DNA from: an uncultured Alphaproteobacteria bacterium | GTDB taxonomy: Bacteria; Pseudomonadota; Alphaproteobacteria; RF32; CAG-239 | Length of the DNA: 64,000 nt | Assembly: GCA_902464275.1 (NCBI GenBank) | Contig: CABQIK010000004.1 | Location: forward strand, 18,479 to 82,478 | Direction of reading: 5' to 3' | Shown here: piece by piece, positions 29,499 to 39,073 of the stretch | Numbering within the stretch: position 1 is the first letter of the stretch | How the letters are laid out: every line of letters begins with the position of its first letter | The notes under the pieces: model-generated | Database searches by the model: none | Told to the model about the DNA's origin: nothing | What the model saw: the letters and a program-made list of their open reading frames with translations, nothing else | Position numbers and translations under genes: made by a program

Positions 29499-30461
29499 TT
29501 ATTCGCTTTTAAGATTAATGATAACAAATTCTGATTTGGTGCCGGTTTTGAATTTAATTGACCAATCAGAAAGACCGGACGTAACAATAAAATCCGTTAA
29601 CAAGCGGCGCTCATAGCCATAAGTACGGTCGTTGGCGCCTATCCATTCGCCGACTTTGTTAAGCGGCCATAATTGTCCGCCGTGCGTGTGGCCTGAAAGC
29701 ACTAAATCAGCGCCGGATTGAACTTGATTGTTGTAATCAGCCGGTTGATGATCCATAACAATTATAAATTTACTTTTATCAAGTCCTTGGGTCAGTTTTT
29801 GCATGGAAAGACGCGAGCCGCCGCGTTGCAGTTCGGATAAATCGTTGCGACCAACGATGTAAACGGCGCTGTTAAGAATAACGGTTTCATCTTGCAAAAC
29901 TCTGACGCCGTTTTTTGTCAGCTCATTAATTAAATCAGCGCCGGTAAAGCCGCGAATGGCCGGATTGTGATAACCTTTGTCATGATTGCCGAAAGCAAAA
30001 TATACGCCATACGGAGTTTTAAGATTGCCGAGAGCTTGGCAGGCGGCAATCATTTCTGCGCGCGAAGTGCCGTCGTCAACAAAATCGCCGGTAATCAGCA
30101 CCATGTCGGGGTTTTGTTGCTGTATGGCTTGCAGATGTTTGGCAAAACCATCGCTGTTAAAGGTGGTGCCGATGTGCGAATCGGCAAAATGCGCGATTTT
30201 AAATGCCGGAATTTGCTTGGCGGTGGTTATGGTGTAATTTGTTTGCCAAACGTGATGGTCTAAATACCAACCGCTGAGCAAAGTTAATAAGCTGAGCAAA
30301 ATTGCCGCATATCCGGCGTAATAACGATTAAAGGTGTGCTTGCCGATGCGCCCGATAAGGTAAAACAGCGTATCGGAGATAAACCAAAAACCGGCAAAAT
30401 AAATTAAGCAAACAACCGCGTTCATGAGGTTTAAGCATAAAGTCAGCCCGCCAAAGCACAA
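29499..30461 (-). CDS. membrane-anchored metallophosphoesterase
   Basis: N-terminal TM helices; calcineurin-like motifs GDFVDDG and GNHD. Confidence 0.75.
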   Translation of the reverse strand: MCFGGLTLCLNLMNAVVCLIYFAGFWFISDTLFYLIGRIGKHTFNRYYAGYAAILLSLLTLLSGWYLDHHVWQTNYTITTAKQIPAFKIAHFADSHIGTTFNSDGFAKHLQAIQQQNPDMVLITGDFVDDGTSRAEMIAACQALGNLKTPYGVYFAFGNHDKGYHNPAIRGFTGADLINELTKNGVRVLQDETVILNSAVYIVGRNDLSELQRGGSRLSMQKLTQGLDKSKFIIVMDHQPADYNNQVQSGADLVLSGHTHGGQLWPLNKVGEWIGANDRTYGYERRLLTDFIVTSGLSDWSIKFKTGTKSEFVIINLKSE

Positions 30462-30907
30462 GGCGGTAATTACAAAGCCCTTTAAAATTTGATACGAAAG
30501 ATAAATTCCCTTATGCCGTTTGGTGTGAGGGAATTTTTCGTTTTAAATTTAAAATAAAAAAAGGGAGGTACCTCACGGCAGCTCCCTAAAAAACAATGGT
30601 GATTCTGCAAAAACGAGAATCTTTCATTTTACTATGCAAAATAAAGGAGAAACAAGCGCATTTCACAACGAACTTGTTCCTGTATATCATAATTTTATGG
30701 CAAAACATCTTTGAAGAGGCACGGGTCAATCATGGAAAAAACAACGTGCGTACAAAGTGTGTAATATTCAAAGTAAAAAAATTGTCATAAAAATCTAAAA
30801 TCAAGCGGAAGATAAGCTTAAAAATTTATTTGGTCAATATTTTTTGTAAAAATTTTTCTTGAAAGAAGAATTTTAAAGCTTATCTCACGGATATAAGGAG
30901 AAATTTT

Positions 30908-31510
30908 ATGGAAAAATGTTTTTTACACGCGCTTGCCATGCGGCGCTCTGTGTATAGTTTAAGTAATAAAATTGCGCTTTCAGACGATGAGTTGCGGCAA
31001 AATTTGGCGGAAGTTGTTAAAAATGTACCGAGCGCTTATAATGTGCAATCGGCGCGAGTCGTTCTTTTGCTTGGCGAGCAACATCAAAAACTGTGGCAGA
31101 TTGTGCTTAAAAGCCTTTATCCGTTGGTACCGCCGGAAAAACAAGCCGCGACCGAAAGCAAAATAACAGAATCGTTTGCGGCAGGGTACGGTACAATTTT
31201 GTTTTTTGAAGACGCAGAGGCTTTGGAGTCGGTAAAAAGCAAGTTTCCGCTTTACAAGGATAATTTCGGTATTTGGGCGGAGCAGGCAAACGGCATGTTG
31301 CAATATGCGGTGTGGACGATGCTTGCCGTTGCCGGAATCGGGGCGAGTTTGCAGCATTACAATCCGTTGATTGACGAGCAAGTTAAACAAACCTGGAATT
31401 TGCCGGATTTTTGGCAGTTAAAAGCGCAAATGCCGTTCGGAGAGATAAAAACTCCGCCGGCAGATAAAACTTTTGTGCCGGTTGCGGAAAGATTAAAAGT
31501 TTTTGCCTGA
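30908..31510 (+). CDS. nitroreductase-family protein
   Basis: 200 aa with a nitroreductase-like fold pattern; SD aaggag. Confidence 0.6.
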   Translation: MEKCFLHALAMRRSVYSLSNKIALSDDELRQNLAEVVKNVPSAYNVQSARVVLLLGEQHQKLWQIVLKSLYPLVPPEKQAATESKITESFAAGYGTILFFEDAEALESVKSKFPLYKDNFGIWAEQANGMLQYAVWTMLAVAGIGASLQHYNPLIDEQVKQTWNLPDFWQLKAQMPFGEIKTPPADKTFVPVAERLKVFA

Positions 31511-31687
31511 AACAAGGCATAAAAATTTAAAAACAAGAGCGGTTTTTAATTAAATTTTTACTTCACAAGGCTAAAAATATATCTGAAGTATAGTATGTTA
31601 CAAAAATGTGAAGATTTTGCCATAATCGGCGGAATATCTGGATTTTTGATGCTTTTTGTGCTACGATACAAAATATATTAAGCAGGC

Positions 31688-32497
31688 GTGCGAGGTAAAA
31701 CTATGTATTTGTGGGTTGTAATAGCAACGTTTATTACCATTTTGCTGTCATATAATTTGTCAGTAAGGCCGGATATGGACAGGGCTTATGCGGAAACGCG
31801 AGCCAGTGTTGCTATTGCCAAATTCAGAGCGTTGCATAACGGGGTCAGAGATTATTTAATTTCAAGAGCGCCGCAGCTGACAGGGCTGACGAGAGTTGAT
31901 TTTTATCCCGGTGACGGCGTTAATATTTCAAAAACCGATGGCGACGGCTCGCAATACAAGGTTTTAACTTATGAGCAAATTAAAAATTATCTGCCGATAG
32001 GTTATGCGCAGGAAGGGAAAACCTTAGACGATGTTGCCAACATTACCGGCGGCGGCAAAATTGTGAGCAAGGTTTTTTGCTTTGCCGATGCAGATACCGA
32101 CGCGCAATGCGTTTCAGGCGTTGACGGCAGTTGTTGCCATATTTCGGCCGATGGCGAAACCGGCGCTAAAATATACGTTGTTACATTTACGCAAATGCCT
32201 ACAAGGTGGATTAATAAAGTTTCAAATTTGCCGAATGCCGATATGATGGCCGCAATGGCGCATGTTCACGGATACGGCCGTCTTTTCGGCTATACTGAAA
32301 CCAGAGCAGGCAAATTGGTTTTGAGCGGCGGCAAAATTGTGCAGAATTATGATAATTACGGCAATCCGATTGGAGCCGAAAAACTTGAACGCTTAGAAAT
32401 TTTTAACGCAATTAAAAACGATACCGATTTTCAAAAATCAGGCTGTGACAAAGAAAATGTTCATTGCTTGTTTGAAATAGAGCAAATTTACGGTTAG
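31688..32497 (+). CDS. hypothetical exported Cys-rich protein with pilin-like N-terminal helix (no canonical prepilin motif)
   Basis: 269 aa; N-terminal hydrophobic helix followed by an amphipathic AETRASVAIAKFRALHNG segment; 8 Cys in the C-terminal half; immediately upstream of the giant pilin-like gene. Confidence 0.5.
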   Translation: MRGKTMYLWVVIATFITILLSYNLSVRPDMDRAYAETRASVAIAKFRALHNGVRDYLISRAPQLTGLTRVDFYPGDGVNISKTDGDGSQYKVLTYEQIKNYLPIGYAQEGKTLDDVANITGGGKIVSKVFCFADADTDAQCVSGVDGSCCHISADGETGAKIYVVTFTQMPTRWINKVSNLPNADMMAAMAHVHGYGRLFGYTETRAGKLVLSGGKIVQNYDNYGNPIGAEKLERLEIFNAIKNDTDFQKSGCDKENVHCLFEIEQIYG

Positions 32498-32507
32498 GAG
32501 AAAACAG

Positions 32508-35500
32508 ATGAAAACGCAATATAAAAACTTTATCAGTAAAGTTAACCAGACCGGTAGCCTTATGATTGAGGCGATGGCGATGTTGGCGTTAATTTCATTG
32601 GTTACGCCAACCCTTTACAAAAAGTCGGCGGAAAGAACCACGGAGTTGCAGGATATTAACACCGCAACCCATGTTCGCACCATTATGAAGGCAGTGGACA
32701 ACTACGTTACCGCCAACTATCAGAGCCTGCTTGATAACAAACTGCGCAATGACGGCTCGGTGTATGAAATTGATTTGAACGATGACAGTTCAGAAGACAG
32801 TATTCATGACTTTTTTCCGTACGGCTATAAATTTGACGATTTAAAAAACTTCGGCATGCCGAAAGTTATGTTAAAAAGACAAGGATTTTCAATTACGTCA
32901 TTTGTGCAGCTGCCTAAAAAGACCGACATCGGCGAAATGCGCGCCGCGCGTATTGCCTCAATGATAGGCAGTAACGGCGGTTATGTTAACAGCGATAAAA
33001 ATGCGTTGGGCGTAGGCGGCGTTTGGAGCTTGAATCAGGCGGATTTAACCTCTTTGGGTTTTGATACCAACAAAGGTTCGGTGGTTGTGGCCTCATCAGA
33101 TGCCATTAACTCGGCCTCAACCGGCGCGCTTGAAAATGATAAATATTTGCAAAGAACTCCGGTTGACCGTCCGGATCAGCTGTGGCGCAACACCATGATT
33201 ACCGACCTTTATATGGGCGGCGTTACCGGTGTGGACGATATGTATAAAATTTTGGGTGTTGACCAGTTAATTATGGGTAGCACCGATAAAACCAACAATT
33301 TGGAAACATTGGTATTGACCGATGCCGCTCAGGGCGGTGGTTCAGCATGGATGGCGGGTACGTTATCAGCCTTGAACAATGCGTTTAAGATTGATGGTAG
33401 CTCGGAAATGCCGATTTTGACCTTAGCCGATGAAGAAGGCACGATTATGTCGGCAGATTCGCGTACTTTTGACTTATTCCCGGAAGCGGACGGCACAGTC
33501 GGGCTTGAAGTTAATCAGCAAGGGCAAAATATAATTAGCGATTATGCCACCACCATTAACAATGATTTAACGGCAACCGGCGATACCTTAGTGGCAAGCG
33601 GCGGTACCGACACCTCGTTTAAGGCAGGTCCGGACGGGCGTTATATTACGGCGGATGCCTCAAAAGTTTTGTTGCAAAACGGGCAGGTGGAAATTTTGGA
33701 TGATGACGGTACTGGCGCGGTAACCAACATTAAGGGCAGAGCTAATATCACCGGTATAACCACGGTGGGTACCACAATTAACCCGGGTGCGAATAGTATG
33801 GAGGGTTTAATTCCTGATTATCAGTTTAAAGTTTACGGCACCGGCAATGCTTATGTGGCAAATGACTTAGTTGTTGGCAACACTTTGTATACTAAAAAAT
33901 TTAATACCGCGGAACTCCATGCCGGCGGCGAAATGTTGGCGGGCGATGACGCTCGTTGGCTGCACGCAACCGCAACCGGCGTTAGAGTTACTGACCCGAC
34001 CGATTCTGCCAATGTCAGAACTCGTATGGAAATTACGGAAAACAGAACCGCTTTGTATAATCAGGACGGGCGTAATTCCGGCGGGGGTGAAATGGTGTTA
34101 GATCAAGGGTCTTCCCGCTTAACCGGAAAAGATATGGTTGAGATGTATACTAATGCGGATAACGGCGAAGTTCAGTTACAAAACAATGCTTTGGTTATCA
34201 GAGGTAAAACCGAGGCGAGCGGCGGAAGAAACGCCGTTATCAGCGCCGATGCCGATACGGTTGATCTTAATGCTAACATTACGTCAGTTAATGACGGCGT
34301 ATTTCAGGTTAGACGTGAAGATAATGCCGCCGGCATGCAGAACAGCTTGTATGTAAACCCGAATGACAATACTAACCAAGGTTTGGTTTTGGCGGAAGCT
34401 AACCGCACCACAGTCAGACCGCGAGGTACTGATGGTATTTTTGATGTTCAGGATGAGGACGGTAAACGAGTTTTGAACGTTATGCCGAACGGGCTTAATG
34501 GCGAAACAGTGAATGTAGGATATAACTCATATACTCGCCCGATTGGTACAGTTGATGTGGATAAAGAAAGTGTTAGTTTCTCAGATGTAACCGGTAATTC
34601 GGCTTATCGGGTTGTTGAAGTTGACCTTGACAGGTCATTGGCGCAAAAAACGGATGATGACAATCCGACGAGAGGAAGCGTTTATATTCGTCGCGGCGCG
34701 GTTGAATTAGAATCGCCAAGCGGCGCCGGATATGAAGCTGATGCCGGTTATGGCTACATTGAAGCCGGACGGTTTGTGGCTAATACTAAATACAATGGTG
34801 TTGATATTGATAATCCGAAAAACGCTTATACATCGGATTATAGCAGTTGGGGAATTAATGCAGACGATGACTATGATCGTTATATGGTCAATCCGGCTTA
34901 TACCTCTGTTATGCATGATATTAAACTCACGACCCGCGGCGGCGCGCGTTTAAGCGATATTTTGCCTGACTTTATCAATAAAGGTATTTATGTGGTAAAC
35001 AACACTTATAAAGATACCGGTTTCAGTCTTAATAGTATTACGGCAACAGCTAGTAATGGCGGTCAGATTTCGGTATCGGTAAACAACTGTAGTGAAAGTG
35101 CATCTAAGTGTATAGACGAAGTCGGCAGTGGTACTTTATCTAATGAAAACCAATGGGCGTCACCGTTTTTGGGTGTGGTGCCGGCGCCGTTATGTCCTCC
35201 GGGGCATGCCCGCGTGATTACGATTACGCCGGCGGGTTTTCAGATGTCACAAGCCGGACAGATGATTAAAAGTAAACATTATGTAGGAGCTAAATCAAAT
35301 AAAAAGGGTAACCGTTTTGTTGTTGATGAAAGGGCAAGCCTGAATGAATTAGGGTTGGTTAATAATATGGATATGGCAGATGATAACCAAACAATTACAG
35401 GCGCTCAGTATCAACATAGTACAATTACGGATTCTGCCGGTAATACTAGAGATCTTTATTACTTAGGCTATGGAAATGAACCTACATTAACTAAGACTCA

Positions 35501-35963
35501 GGGTAGCGGGACGACCACATACGCGCCGCAGCCGCTTTATTTCCAACAAAGCACCTGGCTGAAGAGTAAAGTGCAACCGCAAAATAATGGTCAAGCAGGT
35601 TCATGTAATGAGAGCTTGGGCAGTGGCGAAGGTTGTAAAGACTTTGTCGGTTGGTCGGCGATTATGGGCTTTATTTATCCGGCAAGCTTGTACGACAATA
35701 TTATTAGTGCGGTTGTAGGAAATCCGCCTAAGGATGAAGATGTTTACTGGAACGTCTTTCCGGTTAAAGCCAAAACATTGGAAGCATACGCTACGGTTTA
35801 TTGCTACTTTGACCGTACCAATCTTTATAACTCAGGTATGCAAGATGAGTATACTGATAAGTATGACCAGTTAAACTCTTTCAGAACAGGCCGTACAAAG
35901 CCTACCAACTCTTATACCGAAAGATTGGATGACCCGACCTTAAAGTATAAAAACCCGTGGTAA
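32508..35963 (+). CDS. giant (1151 aa) protein with prepilin-type N-terminal cleavage/methylation motif; putative pilin-like adhesin
   Basis: MKTQYKNFISKVNQTG|SLMIEAMAMLALISLV has G at -1, E at +5 and a 20-residue hydrophobic helix. The rest is Gly/Thr/Asn/Asp-rich and beta-like, with a Cys-containing C-terminal region. SD aggaga. Confidence 0.6.
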   Translation: MKTQYKNFISKVNQTGSLMIEAMAMLALISLVTPTLYKKSAERTTELQDINTATHVRTIMKAVDNYVTANYQSLLDNKLRNDGSVYEIDLNDDSSEDSIHDFFPYGYKFDDLKNFGMPKVMLKRQGFSITSFVQLPKKTDIGEMRAARIASMIGSNGGYVNSDKNALGVGGVWSLNQADLTSLGFDTNKGSVVVASSDAINSASTGALENDKYLQRTPVDRPDQLWRNTMITDLYMGGVTGVDDMYKILGVDQLIMGSTDKTNNLETLVLTDAAQGGGSAWMAGTLSALNNAFKIDGSSEMPILTLADEEGTIMSADSRTFDLFPEADGTVGLEVNQQGQNIISDYATTINNDLTATGDTLVASGGTDTSFKAGPDGRYITADASKVLLQNGQVEILDDDGTGAVTNIKGRANITGITTVGTTINPGANSMEGLIPDYQFKVYGTGNAYVANDLVVGNTLYTKKFNTAELHAGGEMLAGDDARWLHATATGVRVTDPTDSANVRTRMEITENRTALYNQDGRNSGGGEMVLDQGSSRLTGKDMVEMYTNADNGEVQLQNNALVIRGKTEASGGRNAVISADADTVDLNANITSVNDGVFQVRREDNAAGMQNSLYVNPNDNTNQGLVLAEANRTTVRPRGTDGIFDVQDEDGKRVLNVMPNGLNGETVNVGYNSYTRPIGTVDVDKESVSFSDVTGNSAYRVVEVDLDRSLAQKTDDDNPTRGSVYIRRGAVELESPSGAGYEADAGYGYIEAGRFVANTKYNGVDIDNPKNAYTSDYSSWGINADDDYDRYMVNPAYTSVMHDIKLTTRGGARLSDILPDFINKGIYVVNNTYKDTGFSLNSITATASNGGQISVSVNNCSESASKCIDEVGSGTLSNENQWASPFLGVVPAPLCPPGHARVITITPAGFQMSQAGQMIKSKHYVGAKSNKKGNRFVVDERASLNELGLVNNMDMADDNQTITGAQYQHSTITDSAGNTRDLYYLGYGNEPTLTKTQGSGTTTYAPQPLYFQQSTWLKSKVQPQNNGQAGSCNESLGSGEGCKDFVGWSAIMGFIYPASLYDNIISAVVGNPPKDEDVYWNVFPVKAKTLEAYATVYCYFDRTNLYNSGMQDEYTDKYDQLNSFRTGRTKPTNSYTERLDDPTLKYKNPW

Positions 35964-35979
35964 TCGGCACACAAAAACC

Positions 35980-36014
35980 AAACAGCCTCTGATAAAATCA
36001 GAGGCTGTTTTTGG
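35980..36014. terminator. bidirectional intrinsic terminator
   Basis: aaacagcctctg...cagaggctgttttt between convergent genes. Confidence 0.6.
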
Positions 36015-36020
36015 GATAAA

Positions 36021-37421
36021 CTATTTAACAATATTACATTCATTTATCAAAACGAGTTTAGGGTTGGTATGCGCGGCTTCAAGCAAGCGTTTGTTAAACC
36101 CGCTTTTGGAAAATAGGCCATAAGTTAAATCATACCCTTTAAAATCAGGTGTTTGGCATTTTTCAACTAATTTGGCGTAAACATCAATATCAACAGGTTT
36201 GTTATCTTTGTAATATTTACATTCGGCCGCAAAAATGCGTTTGTGGCTTTCGTCAATTGCAACTAAGTCTATTTCAGTGTGTTTGTTCCAATATGCGCCA
36301 ATGCGAGAAGGCACAAAATTAAGTTGTTTTTCATTGCAAAGCTTGGCAAAAATATCGCGGCAGATTTCTTCATAAACAAAAGCAACATGATTATCAATAA
36401 AGTTGGCTTTCAGTTTGTCTTGCACAAAATTTAAATTATCAAGCTCAAGCTCTCCCTTATACGGAAAAACAAACATAAACCAAAAACGCATAAACACGTC
36501 TTTGATAAAATATAAACCTTTACGGCTTTTTTCAGGATTTTTGTCAGTTATCGGCACGCGTTTTTCAAGTAAATATAGTCCTTGCAAGGTTTCAAGATAA
36601 GGGCTTAATTTGTTGCTTTCAGTGGCCATGGCTGAAGATATTTCTGACAGCTTATGGTTATTTTGCGCAATTGCTTTCATTACGGAATAATAGTTTATCG
36701 GCTCTTTAACTTCTTTGTTAAGTAAAAAAGCCGGTTCCTCATATAAAAAACCGTTTTTGTTAAAAATAACACGGGAGATGTTATCGGTTAAAGAATTTTT
36801 ATTGTCAAAAAGCTCCAAATATTTAGGCACGCCGCCGGTTACGGAATAAAGTTCAACCACGTCAGCAAAAGATTTGTGGCGATAATGCTTTTTTATATCT
36901 GAAAAAGCCAGCGGGGCAAGTCTGATTTGAGAAGTGCGGCGTCCGTATAAGGGGCTGTTTTCCGCTAAAACCTGCTTGGTCATCATGTTAATGTATGAAC
37001 CACAGATAATAACCATGATGTTTTGCTTAGATAAAATTTCGTCCCATGCTTTTTGAAAAATAGAAGTAAAAGCCGGATTGGTGTTAACCATATATTGAAA
37101 CTCGTCAAGCACCAGAACTTTGGTTGCCGGATTAGGCATAGCGGCAAACAGCTTAAACAGCTCAAGCCAGTCATCAAAGTTTGCTTTGGCAATAAAAGGC
37201 TGTTTGGAAAATTCCGCCAGATTTTGGGCGAATCTTTTCATGCTTTGCGGTTCCGATTCTTCGGTTGCTAAAAAATAAAGAGCGGGTTTGTTTTTAATAA
37301 ATTCTTGGATTAATGCGGTTTTGCCAATGCGGCGGCGTCCATATAAAACAACGAAAGAGTGTTTGTTGTCATACTCTTGCTCTAAATCTGAAAGTTCTTT
37401 TGTCCTGCCGATAAATTCCAT
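36021..37421 (-). CDS. AAA+ ATPase of the archaeal-ATPase/DUF234 family (orphan)
   Basis: Walker A GRRRIGKT, DEFQ Walker B, C-terminal DUF234-like region; 466 aa. Confidence 0.7.
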   Translation of the reverse strand: MEFIGRTKELSDLEQEYDNKHSFVVLYGRRRIGKTALIQEFIKNKPALYFLATEESEPQSMKRFAQNLAEFSKQPFIAKANFDDWLELFKLFAAMPNPATKVLVLDEFQYMVNTNPAFTSIFQKAWDEILSKQNIMVIICGSYINMMTKQVLAENSPLYGRRTSQIRLAPLAFSDIKKHYRHKSFADVVELYSVTGGVPKYLELFDNKNSLTDNISRVIFNKNGFLYEEPAFLLNKEVKEPINYYSVMKAIAQNNHKLSEISSAMATESNKLSPYLETLQGLYLLEKRVPITDKNPEKSRKGLYFIKDVFMRFWFMFVFPYKGELELDNLNFVQDKLKANFIDNHVAFVYEEICRDIFAKLCNEKQLNFVPSRIGAYWNKHTEIDLVAIDESHKRIFAAECKYYKDNKPVDIDVYAKLVEKCQTPDFKGYDLTYGLFSKSGFNKRLLEAAHTNPKLVLINECNIVK

Positions 37422-37493
37422 AATACCCTCGTTTGCTCAATTAATATAATCTAGATTAGACTAATTTTGATTATATTACAAGAGGAAAATAAT

Positions 37494-37534
37494 AAAAAAG
37501 GAGCTGTTTTGTTTACAGCTCCTTTTAAGAGGAT
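37494..37534. terminator. bidirectional intrinsic terminator downstream of proS
   Basis: aaaaaaggagctg…cagctcctttt. Confidence 0.55.
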
Positions 37535-37545
37535 TTGTTTAACGC

Positions 37546-39063
37546 CTAATATGAGCGGGCGTAAATAACGTCTAAGGTGGCGTCATCGCCGGTTAATAAG
37601 CATTTGCCGGTAGTTCCGCTTTGGTCAAACGGAATGCAGCGAATGGTTATTTTCATGGCTTTTAAAATTTCTTCCGTTTCGGGTTTGGCGTTCCATTTAC
37701 CGCGAACAAAAGCAACTTTACCCTGCTTACCATCTTCAATCCACTCATTGCTTTGAGCAAAATAAGCCTTAAACGCTTCCGGCGCGGTAATGTCGGTGCG
37801 GATATTATCAAGCAAACGCTGCTTGGCTTTGGCGAACATATTGTGCTGAATGTTTTGTAAGCGCTCACCGATATTGGCAATAAATTCAGCGGATTTAACA
37901 GGCTCTTTGCCTTCAGGAAGACCGAGCTTTAAGCGTTCGCGAACCATCATGCCGCCGGATTCTACATCGCGCGGGCCGATTTCACAAATAACCGGAGCGC
38001 CTTTGCGGGTCCATTCCCAAAACTTGTCAACGCTTGACTTGTTGCGTTTGTCGGTTTTAATGCGAATGTTTTTGCCAAAGGCGGTTTGCTTGCTTAACTG
38101 TTGTGTTAAGCTGTTGATATAAGCCATAACCTTTTCTTCATCTTCCGGCTTTTTGATTACCGGAACAATAACAACCTGATACGGTGCAATGGCAGGCGGA
38201 ACTACCATGCCTTCATCATCGGCGTGAGTCATGATAACGCCGCCGATTAAGCGGGTGGAAACGCCCCATGAAGTGGTATATGCGTATTCCGGCTTGTTGT
38301 CTTTGTTGATAAAGATAATGTTGGCGGATTTGGCAAAATTTTGCCCTAAAAAGTGCGAGGTTCCGGCTTGTAGGGCTTTGCCGTCCTGCATCATCGCTTC
38401 AATGCAGTAGGTGTCAATTGCGCCGGGGAATTTTTCATGCTCAGGTTTGCGACCGGCAATAACCGGCATGGCTAAAACTTCTTCCGCCACTTTACGGTAA
38501 ACTTCAAGCATCTGTTTGGTTTCAGCTTCAGCCTCTTGCGCGGTGGCGTGGGCGGTGTGTCCTTCCTGCCATAAAAATTCGCGCGTGCGCAAAAACAGGC
38601 GCGGGCGCATTTCCCAACGCACTACGTTTGCCCACTGGTTAATCAAAACCGGCAAATCGCGATATGACTTAATCCATTTTGAAAACGAATCGGCAATAAT
38701 GGTTTCACTGGTCGGGCGCACGATTAACGGCTCGTCAAGCTCCGAATCGGGAGTTAATTTGCCATCTTTCATGGTTAAACGCGAGTGAGTTACCACCGCC
38801 ATTTCTTTGGCGAATCCCTCAACGTGTTCAGCCTCTTTTTGGAAGAAGGAGAGCGGAATAAACAGCGGGAAATAAGCGTTTTCATGTCCGGTTGCTTTAA
38901 ACTCGCAGTCAAAAGCTTCGCGGATGCAATCCCAAATGCCGTATCCCCACGGTTTGATGACCATACACCCCGGAGAAACGGAGTTTTCAGCCATGTCGGC
39001 TTCAGCCACAACGGCTTGATACCATTCAGGATAGTTGGTTTTTCGGTTTATTTTAAGTGCCAT
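37546..39063 (-). CDS. proS: prolyl-tRNA synthetase, archaeal/eukaryote-like type
   Basis: 505 aa without the bacterial insertion domain; class II motifs; C-terminal Zn-binding-type extension. Confidence 0.9.
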   Translation of the reverse strand: MALKINRKTNYPEWYQAVVAEADMAENSVSPGCMVIKPWGYGIWDCIREAFDCEFKATGHENAYFPLFIPLSFFQKEAEHVEGFAKEMAVVTHSRLTMKDGKLTPDSELDEPLIVRPTSETIIADSFSKWIKSYRDLPVLINQWANVVRWEMRPRLFLRTREFLWQEGHTAHATAQEAEAETKQMLEVYRKVAEEVLAMPVIAGRKPEHEKFPGAIDTYCIEAMMQDGKALQAGTSHFLGQNFAKSANIIFINKDNKPEYAYTTSWGVSTRLIGGVIMTHADDEGMVVPPAIAPYQVVIVPVIKKPEDEEKVMAYINSLTQQLSKQTAFGKNIRIKTDKRNKSSVDKFWEWTRKGAPVICEIGPRDVESGGMMVRERLKLGLPEGKEPVKSAEFIANIGERLQNIQHNMFAKAKQRLLDNIRTDITAPEAFKAYFAQSNEWIEDGKQGKVAFVRGKWNAKPETEEILKAMKITIRCIPFDQSGTTGKCLLTGDDATLDVIYARSY

Positions 39064-39073
39064 AATCTTTTCC

